Shown here piece by piece: positions 7,814 to 13,843 of a DNA stretch of 13,843 nucleotides (position 1 is its first letter; each line of letters starts with the position of its first letter). Source of the DNA: an uncultured archaeon (GTDB lineage Archaea; Asgardarchaeota; Heimdallarchaeia; Heimdallarchaeales; Heimdallarchaeaceae); NCBI GenBank assembly GCA_964549075.1, contig CAZJUB010000068.1, positions 1-13,843 on the forward strand, written 5' to 3'. The position numbers were made by a program, and so were the translations under genes. The notes beneath the pieces are model-generated. The model was not told the DNA's origin and searched no databases. It saw only the letters and a program-made list of their open reading frames with translations.

Positions 7814-9622
7814 CTAGATTGGAACTTCAGTTGATTGTGTTTTTGTTTTCTTAATCTTCAATATTTCAAAAGGCTTTTCAAAGAAGGAAAGTTCCTTTTC
7901 GATATAGAGAGGGACATTACTTACTTTTACAGGAAGAGGTACATTTCTAAGAGAATTTGTGAGTATCGCTTCTCCTCTACTTAAGACTTTAAATTCATTT
8001 TCATATCCTGCTATATTATTACTTGCATTAATAATAGCCATTCGAATCTCATTCTCGTTCCCTAACATCATGTTAAGTTCAGTATTAGTGTTTGCTAAGA
8101 TTATTGGTTCCATTGAAGATATATTTTGAGTTATTAAGAGTAAACCTATACGGAACTTTCTACCTTGTCTAGAAATATCAATGAATACATTTCCTTCTTT
8201 AGACATTTGAGAACCGAGAATACTAGGAGCCTCTTCAACAGTTAACATTACAATTGGCAGCTGATCTACTGTTTTCATCTTATCTTTCCCTTCAACATAA
8301 AGATCCTTTATAGAGTACATACTATTAGGTGATTCTCCGAGTAATTCTTGCGCTATCTTAAGAGGTAATTTTGAATACAGCTGTTCTTTGAATTGATTCC
8401 ATTTGGTTGAAGACATCAAAGCTTGTCTTAAAGCAAAAAGGGTTCTGGCAATCATTGTAATTACAACGAATTGTTCACTTGATGAGAGTAAAGCTGTACT
8501 AAAGTTATAGAAATGACCTTGCTCTAAATTGTAAATAATTTCAGCTAGATCACTGTATTCATCTTTTGTAAAAATAGGAGATTTCATAATAGGATAAAGC
8601 CGTCTTTTCACTGCACTAACTGTTCCTGGAGCAAAGCCTAGAGTCTCACTATCATCCAACTCATCAATTTTTGTAAGCCAGTCATTATCAATTGATCTAG
8701 CTCGATTCATAAAACCAAGCATTTGATCTGATACTGTCATTACTGATGTGATATCACTAACAAAAAGATCTTGTCTTCTGAATCTTATTGCTTTTGAAAT
8801 TTTCTGCATTTCTGTTGGGATAGCTTCTAAGTCTCTAGTGAGATAGAATTTATCACCAAATAAAGCATCATATTGATCATTTCCTCCTTTTAAAACAGAA
8901 TTAGCAATATCTACAATACCTTTTCGTTTATCTTGAAATGGAAGACCTTTCATATATTCATCATGAACATCAACCATTAAAACTGAGACCTTATTTTTAA
9001 TTTCTTTGTTTAGAGCCCAATTTGTTAAGTTAGTCTTAAGCGAAGATGTTATGAAGGTAAGCATAAAAAAAGATTTTCCAGCACCTGTTGTACCAGCTAC
9101 TTGAACATGCATAGGAAGAGACTCTAAATTGATTTTTATTGGAATTTCCATGCTTGTAGTTCCTACCAATAATTTTCCAACTTCGATATCCTTTCCAATT
9201 TCATCTTCTAGTAAAGCAGAAAGTGCTTCTTGACATTGAGCTCCTCTGTAGACTTCAGAGAAATGGGGAGGTAAGATTCTGGGTTTTTTAAACATCCATT
9301 TATTTCTCTCTGAATCATACTCACTATAACCCATAAGTAAACCATGAACTTTAACTAACTTATCCGAGTCAACTCTAGCAATATATGCTTCTCTGTTTTT
9401 CAAAAAGTTAGCAGCTAACTCTGTCATATCTCGAATTGTTCGAAGTATATTTTCATAATCCATCACCCTAAATAGAAAATAACGAAATTCACTAGGGTGT
9501 TTGATAATCAATATTTCCCCAATTTGAAAACGAATGTCTGAACAGACAACATCTAGAGTTGCAATATTTCCTTCAGCTAAAACACCAATTGGTTCTGGTA
9601 ATTCTAATTCCATTTCTATCAT
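7814..9622 (-). CDS. herA: HerA-family bipolar DNA helicase/translocase (FtsK-HerA ATPase)
   Basis: N-terminal HAS-barrel-like beta region ending in PPHFSEVY, HVQVAGTTGAGKS (Walker A, 9071-9094), DVHDEY, Walker B TVEEAP, RQGRKF arginine finger, and LSRGEAIL...PLPVKV. It lies between nurA and mre11. Confidence 0.92.
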   Translation of the reverse strand: MIEMELELPEPIGVLAEGNIATLDVVCSDIRFQIGEILIIKHPSEFRYFLFRVMDYENILRTIRDMTELAANFLKNREAYIARVDSDKLVKVHGLLMGYSEYDSERNKWMFKKPRILPPHFSEVYRGAQCQEALSALLEDEIGKDIEVGKLLVGTTSMEIPIKINLESLPMHVQVAGTTGAGKSFFMLTFITSSLKTNLTNWALNKEIKNKVSVLMVDVHDEYMKGLPFQDKRKGIVDIANSVLKGGNDQYDALFGDKFYLTRDLEAIPTEMQKISKAIRFRRQDLFVSDITSVMTVSDQMLGFMNRARSIDNDWLTKIDELDDSETLGFAPGTVSAVKRRLYPIMKSPIFTKDEYSDLAEIIYNLEQGHFYNFSTALLSSSEQFVVITMIARTLFALRQALMSSTKWNQFKEQLYSKLPLKIAQELLGESPNSMYSIKDLYVEGKDKMKTVDQLPIVMLTVEEAPSILGSQMSKEGNVFIDISRQGRKFRIGLLLITQNISSMEPIILANTNTELNMMLGNENEIRMAIINASNNIAGYENEFKVLSRGEAILTNSLRNVPLPVKVSNVPLYIEKELSFFEKPFEILKIKKTKTQSTEVPI

Positions 9623-9626
9623 TTTC

Positions 9627-10949
9627 CTACATTAATCCTAATCTCTTTCTTGGATGTATAAACATTTTTGGGTCTTCCCCTTTTTCAGTAAAATAATCAA
9701 TCATCCTTTCTGCGATATCATCTCTCTCAGGAAATCGAACAATTGTAGTATTATGTGCAAAAGCTAAATCAAAGAAATATCCAAAATACCTTACATCCCG
9801 AGCTAACCAATCAATATCTTTGAAAAGATTAATTTCATTTTCTTTCTCTTTCTTTTTATCAGTAGAGTAAATATTGTCTTTCCACCACTTCTCATCTAAA
9901 TCAATGCGAAGGATAGGTACTTCAGATGAAAAATGGAATAGATAAGTAACTCCATAAGCTGGAGGAATATGAGGTCGATCTTTCAAGATATTTAAGACAA
10001 AATTGTCTCTAGAGATAGTAGGAACACGAATGAACCACTTTTTCTCTTCACCGAGACTTTTTTCTAAATCTAAAGAGAGTCTATAGATAAAAGGAAAGGT
10101 TGTTGTTTTACTGACTGCAACAATACAAGTTTCATTTTGTAAAGCTTTTAAGTTAATATCTCTAAGTAAATAATTTGCTGCCAATCGAGGTTGTTTTTGT
10201 CCTGGATCCATAAGCATATTCATTGAACCATCAATAAAGATGTATTTGAATTGAGTACTAGAATCAAGTAGAGCTTTAGCTACAGCATACTCAAGAATCT
10301 CCCTGAACTGTTCAAACCATCCACTTGGTGCGTTAGCTCTTGGAGAGACCATCCAAGTAGAAAAATTCTTGAAATTTTCTTTGTATAATTTTAATCCTAT
10401 TGAAGTTGCAACCATTCTAATATTCGCTTCTGTGGTTAATTTTGGAATAGGATTATTTGGTTTCTTTTGTTTGTAAGCTGTTTCAACGATGTCTCTCAGT
10501 ACTCTAACAACGATGTCTAACAGATTTTCATTGTAATTATAAAGAATAAAGTCTAGAAATTCTTGCCATACTTCATTTTTTTTATCTTCTCTAAGAAGTA
10601 TGAGCCTTGTTACGCCTTCTGGATGTGTACATAAAGGAGGAGAAACATCAAGATGTTTAGTAGTACCTTCTCTAAAATTTGTTCTATCTGCAGCAAAAGC
10701 TGCTGTCAAAAGATGTATAGAAATATCATTTAGAGTAATTATACCTTCAGCACCAGAACCATCTATAGCCGCTGAATTAAAATTTTCTTTCTTACAAATA
10801 GATGGAAAAGGATCAAATATTTGGAGTCTTTTTGTTAAATAAGATAAATCTTGATTATAAGCTGCATCTGCTTTTAATTCAATTGATTTGAATTTCGAGT
10901 AAATTTTCTCAAATTCCTTCTCTAAGGTTTTATCAAAAAAAACTTGCAT
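9627..10949 (-). CDS. nurA: NurA-family 5'-3' DNA nuclease
   Basis: RNase H-like motifs AAIDGS (D63), R.ILE (E220), IFIDGS (D240), VAVSKTT, ILRID and GYFFDLAFAH. It ends 4 nt upstream of herA, and a GAGG SD lies upstream. Confidence 0.88.
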   Translation of the reverse strand: MQVFFDKTLEKEFEKIYSKFKSIELKADAAYNQDLSYLTKRLQIFDPFPSICKKENFNSAAIDGSGAEGIITLNDISIHLLTAAFAADRTNFREGTTKHLDVSPPLCTHPEGVTRLILLREDKKNEVWQEFLDFILYNYNENLLDIVVRVLRDIVETAYKQKKPNNPIPKLTTEANIRMVATSIGLKLYKENFKNFSTWMVSPRANAPSGWFEQFREILEYAVAKALLDSSTQFKYIFIDGSMNMLMDPGQKQPRLAANYLLRDINLKALQNETCIVAVSKTTTFPFIYRLSLDLEKSLGEEKKWFIRVPTISRDNFVLNILKDRPHIPPAYGVTYLFHFSSEVPILRIDLDEKWWKDNIYSTDKKKEKENEINLFKDIDWLARDVRYFGYFFDLAFAHNTTIVRFPERDDIAERMIDYFTEKGEDPKMFIHPRKRLGLM

Positions 10950-10970
10950 TGAAAGTTCCTCGTTGTAAGA

Positions 10971-10990
10971 TTGAAAACGTGTTTTAAAAT
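10971..10990 (-). promoter_or_regulatory. Putative TATA box (TTTTAAAA) of the nurA operon, overlapped by an imperfect palindrome
   Basis: TTTTAAAA at 10982-10989 is about 32 nt upstream of the nurA ATG. TTgAAAAC-gt-GTTTTaAA (10971-10988) overlaps it. Confidence 0.35.
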
Positions 10991-11091
10991 ACTTTTGGAG
11001 AGTAGCTTAAAAGTTTGAAAGTAATTTCGTCGAAACATTAAAAGCAAATGTTATTCTAAAAATAAAAAGCATAATATTTATATCTCATAAC

Positions 11092-11745
11092 TTGGAGAAC
11101 TTGATTAGAAGATTCTCAGTGATTAAAAAATTGAAAAGGATCCAAGAAATACGGCAAATATTGGCTTTGACTGAGGGAGAGAATATTCTTCGAAGATATT
11201 TTGTCATGAATGGCTTTGATGGAGCTCTTACTGCGTTAGGTATAATTTTAGGTTCTCTGGTTGTTACTGGTTTTAACCTTAGTCCTGAACAAAGTGTTGA
11301 AAGTGCAAAAATTCTCATTTCTTCAGGTATAGGCGCAAGTATTGCTATGGGCGTATCAGGTTTCTGGATAGCATATTTGACAGAAAGAGCTGAAAGAACT
11401 AAAGAACGAAAGGAACTTGAAGAGATAATGGTAGCTGATTTAAATAACACTAAAATTACTAAAGCAAACTTCTGGACTGCTCTCATAATTTCTGCTGTAG
11501 ATGGTATCTCACCATTTTTATTTTCACTAATTGCACTTTTTCCGTTCTTTTTTGTTTTTGTAGATTTGCCTATGATAGCTGCTTATATCATTTCTTTAGG
11601 TGTCATTGCAGCAGAAGTAATAGTGTTAGGAGTCTTTCTTGGAGCTGTATCTAAAGAAAATAAATTTATTTATGCATTAAAGATAATACCAGCTGCTTTG
11701 TTGGTTGCGGGACTAACTTATTTACTTGATATAATATGGGGATAA
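11092..11745 (+). CDS. VIT1/CCC1 family membrane protein (putative Fe/Mn transporter)
   Basis: RRYFVMNGFDGALTALG, GIGASIAMGVSGFWIAYLTERAER..E.KELE, then DGISP and three further TM helices: the archaeal CCC1-like pattern. The start codon is uncertain (TTG 11092, TTG 11101 or GTG 11119). Confidence 0.88.
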   Translation: MENLIRRFSVIKKLKRIQEIRQILALTEGENILRRYFVMNGFDGALTALGIILGSLVVTGFNLSPEQSVESAKILISSGIGASIAMGVSGFWIAYLTERAERTKERKELEEIMVADLNNTKITKANFWTALIISAVDGISPFLFSLIALFPFFFVFVDLPMIAAYIISLGVIAAEVIVLGVFLGAVSKENKFIYALKIIPAALLVAGLTYLLDIIWG

Positions 11746-11801
11746 TTCTCTTTCTGCATTCTTGGATAAAACTAAAGAACATGTACTCATAAGTAGATTT
11801 A

Positions 11802-13163
11802 ATGTCTAAGAGTAAGAAAAAGAAAAAAGAAACAGATGTAATTATCGTTGGTGGAGGAGTTGCAGGATGTGTTTTGGCTTTTCATCTTGCAAACGCTAGG
11901 TTGAAAGTGAAGGTTTTTGAAAGGAATCCGAAAAACTTCATTGGTCATGATTGGTGTGATTCAATTGAAAAAGAAGCTTTTTCTTATTCAGGTATCCCTG
12001 TACCTAAAGGTAAAGAAAGAAGAGAAGATAGAGATCATTTAGTTATTCTTTCTCCAAATCTTCAACATTCTATTCATTTAGATTTTTATAATTATTGGAT
12101 TGTGGATAGAAAACTCTTTCAAGAAAGACTTTATAGCCTTGCAGAAAAGGCAGGTGCAGAATTTATTTTTGAAACTGAGGTTGTAGAACCTATTGGGAGA
12201 GGTCAATGGGTTGTGGGTGTAAAGAAGAAAAATGGTGAAATCGAAAAAGCTCGTTTGGTTATAGATTGTTCTGGAAAAGCTAGAATACTGACCAGTAATA
12301 TAGAAGTACTCGATCTTAATATCACGTTGAAGAGTAAGGATTTTGTTAAAGCTTATAGGGAACTCCATAAAGTTTCAGATGGCAAAATATATTGGGATGA
12401 AAATGAAATTCTTCCAGAAATTTTATATTATAGATATGGGTATGAAAAGGGATACAGCTGGTTAAATTTTGAAGAGAAAGATAAACTAGATGTAGGTTCT
12501 GGAGTAGGTTCAGGTTATTCAGAACGTTCGCCTAAAGCTATTGTAAATGATTTTGTCAATTCTAGAGGAAATATTAGTAAAGACATGATAAGAGGTGGAG
12601 GAAGTGAAATTATTATCAGGAGACCTACTACTCTTGTCTGGTACGGTTTCATGGCTGTAGGCGAATCAGCATGTCAAGTTATACCAACAAATGGTTGTGG
12701 AATAGGTTCTGCAATGATAGCAGCAAAAATAGCTGCAGAAGTAGCAGTTGATGCTGTGAAGAGGAAGGAAGTATCAATTGATAGTTTATGGGATTATCAA
12801 GTTCGATTTATGAAAAAAAGAGGGAAACATTATGCAGCATTAGATATGATGAGACGTCAATTTTTGCTATTTTCTGAAGAAGAAGTATCTTTCTTAATTA
12901 AGAAAGGGATTTTATCTAAAACAGATTTCCAAAACATCGTCCATGCAAGATATACAATAATCAATCCTTTCAAAATGGTTGTATCAATGATTAAGGGTAT
13001 CACAAGATTGAAGTTGATGCTTAAAATGGGAAAAGCTTCTATGATGGCAAATAGAGTTTATAGACATAGTAAGAGAATGCCAAAACAATATCATACTCGA
13101 AGATATCATGAATGGTTACTTGGACAAATGCATTTATTCTCGAAATTAGATGAAAAAGGTTGA
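11802..13163 (+). CDS. Geranylgeranyl reductase family FAD-dependent oxidoreductase (DGGGPL reductase-like, divergent)
   Basis: Rossmann DVIIVGGGVAG, IGHDWC, P.PKG.E, SP, VIDCSG, AYRE, RGGG..IIRRP, GESACQVIPTNGCGIGSAM, LWDY and LD..RR. From recall it is colinear over its full length with Sulfolobus acidocaldarius GGR. Confidence 0.88.
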   Translation: MSKSKKKKKETDVIIVGGGVAGCVLAFHLANARLKVKVFERNPKNFIGHDWCDSIEKEAFSYSGIPVPKGKERREDRDHLVILSPNLQHSIHLDFYNYWIVDRKLFQERLYSLAEKAGAEFIFETEVVEPIGRGQWVVGVKKKNGEIEKARLVIDCSGKARILTSNIEVLDLNITLKSKDFVKAYRELHKVSDGKIYWDENEILPEILYYRYGYEKGYSWLNFEEKDKLDVGSGVGSGYSERSPKAIVNDFVNSRGNISKDMIRGGGSEIIIRRPTTLVWYGFMAVGESACQVIPTNGCGIGSAMIAAKIAAEVAVDAVKRKEVSIDSLWDYQVRFMKKRGKHYAALDMMRRQFLLFSEEEVSFLIKKGILSKTDFQNIVHARYTIINPFKMVVSMIKGITRLKLMLKMGKASMMANRVYRHSKRMPKQYHTRRYHEWLLGQMHLFSKLDEKG

Positions 13164-13186
13164 TTTTTGCAGTTATATTTAAAAAA
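13164..13186 (+). promoter_or_regulatory. T-run after the GGR stop and TATA-like element for a leaderless downstream gene
   Basis: TTTTT immediately follows the TGA. TTATATTTAAAAAA (13173-13186) lies about 21-34 nt upstream of the ATG at 13207, and there is no SD. Confidence 0.4.
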
Positions 13187-13206
13187 TAAGGCTGATTCTG
13201 TATTTT

Positions 13207-13843
13207 ATGAATGATGAATCGGAAAATAACTTTCGGTTCATATTGGAAAATATTCTGTGTATAGAGGATAGTAGCAAAGTATCAATCGAACTCATCAATA
13301 TTGTTGAGGGAGTAGAATGGGAGTTAACTGATAAGAATGATGAAATTAAGTTTTTATCTAAGAATCTTAAAGCAGAAGGAATTGAAGTTAACACGACAGA
13401 GTTTAGGAAAATTTATAGTGGTGCTACAAGGAGAAAATTGCCTATAATCCATGTCTTTAATGAAGACGAAGAGCTATCAGGTGCTTTTCAGTTAAAAACA
13501 ATTGCCAAAGTCTGGAAATTAACTATTAGAGAGAAATTACTTGCAATTAAACTAATTCCTTTTGAAGATGATCCTTATCGTGCGAAATTTTTAGAAATTG
13601 AATTGCCTATGGGGATTTTTCATATTAGAAGTGTTTTACAGCTTTTCCCAACAGATGATTATTTTCAGACTAATATACAACACTCTACAAAATATGCTAA
13701 AGCGTATATGAAATTTAAGGAGTTAGTACCTTTTACCATAGATAGAATAATAGATCTATTATCAACAGAAGAAATTGCTCCAACATACGAAGCCTGGGAA
13801 AAAGATCAAGAGAGATATGACATACCAGGAGTAGATACTGCTA
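13207..13843 (+). CDS. Hypothetical protein, 3'-truncated by the window edge (absent from the ORF track)
   Basis: ATG 13207, preceded by an in-frame TAA at 13180, opens a frame with no stop for 212 codons: MNDESENNFRFILENILCIEDSSKVSIELINIVEGVEWELTDKNDEIKFLSKNLKAEGIEVNTTEFRKIYSGATRRKLPIIHVFNEDEELSGAFQLKTIAKVWKLTIREKLLAIKLIPFEDDPYRAKFLEIELPMGIFHIRSVLQLFPTDDYFQTNIQHSTKYAKAYMKFKELVPFTIDRIIDLLSTEEIAPTYEAWEKDQERYDIPGVDTA... Confidence 0.85.
   Translation, partial: MNDESENNFRFILENILCIEDSSKVSIELINIVEGVEWELTDKNDEIKFLSKNLKAEGIEVNTTEFRKIYSGATRRKLPIIHVFNEDEELSGAFQLKTIAKVWKLTIREKLLAIKLIPFEDDPYRAKFLEIELPMGIFHIRSVLQLFPTDDYFQTNIQHSTKYAKAYMKFKELVPFTIDRIIDLLSTEEIAPTYEAWEKDQERYDIPGVDTA

Noticed and set aside
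8225-8236. HerA Walker B 'EE' rather than 'DE' as a sign of an inactive ATPase
   Set aside because: EEAx is common in active archaeal HerA proteins, and the Walker A Lys and the arginine finger are intact.
10600-10842. 80-aa plus-strand ORF
   Set aside because: Antisense to nurA, overlapping its catalytic motif.
11085-11486. 133-aa minus-strand ORF that might be a first gene of the nurA operon
   Set aside because: It almost fully overlaps the clearly recognisable VIT1/CCC1 gene on the opposite strand.
12078-12368. 96-aa minus-strand ORF
   Set aside because: Antisense to the GGR gene.
13179-13394. 71-aa minus-strand ORF in the track
   Set aside because: Shadow of the longer plus-strand ORF at 13207..>13843, which has a TATA-like element and normal amino-acid composition.
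1-13843. Defence island, mobile element, CRISPR array or RNA genes
   Set aside because: I saw no integrase, transposase, spaced direct repeats, tRNA-like or GC-rich structured segments. The spacers are short and the flanking genes look metabolic or housekeeping.

Overview
AT-rich, gene-dense window with archaeal content: a Sulfolobus-type geranylgeranyl reductase homolog, a Mer-like oxidoreductase, NurA/HerA, GGTGA/GGAGG ribosome-binding sites and TATA-like promoters. A low-GC Asgard-type lineage is plausible but is only an inference. The centrepiece is a tightly coupled minus-strand operon nurA-herA-mre11-rad50 (10949->4388), the known archaeal double-strand-break end-resection module. Here nurA comes first and all four subunits are divergent: NurA has an insertion of about 100 aa between its catalytic Asp residues, HerA has EEAP/QNI motifs, Mre11 has GNHG, and Rad50 is short (about 713 aa) with a central CDVC hook. 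It is followed on the same strand by an unknown 494-aa helical protein with C-terminal 11-mer amphipathic repeats and by a HAD-IIA phosphatase. Flanking genes are a 5'-truncated ABC-2 permease, a nitroreductase divergent from an LLM/Mer-like gene, a VIT1/CCC1 membrane protein, a divergent GGR, and a 3'-truncated ORF (13207..>13843) that the ORF track missed and that has a weak kinase N-lobe-like pattern. I saw no RNA genes, CRISPR arrays or mobile elements.
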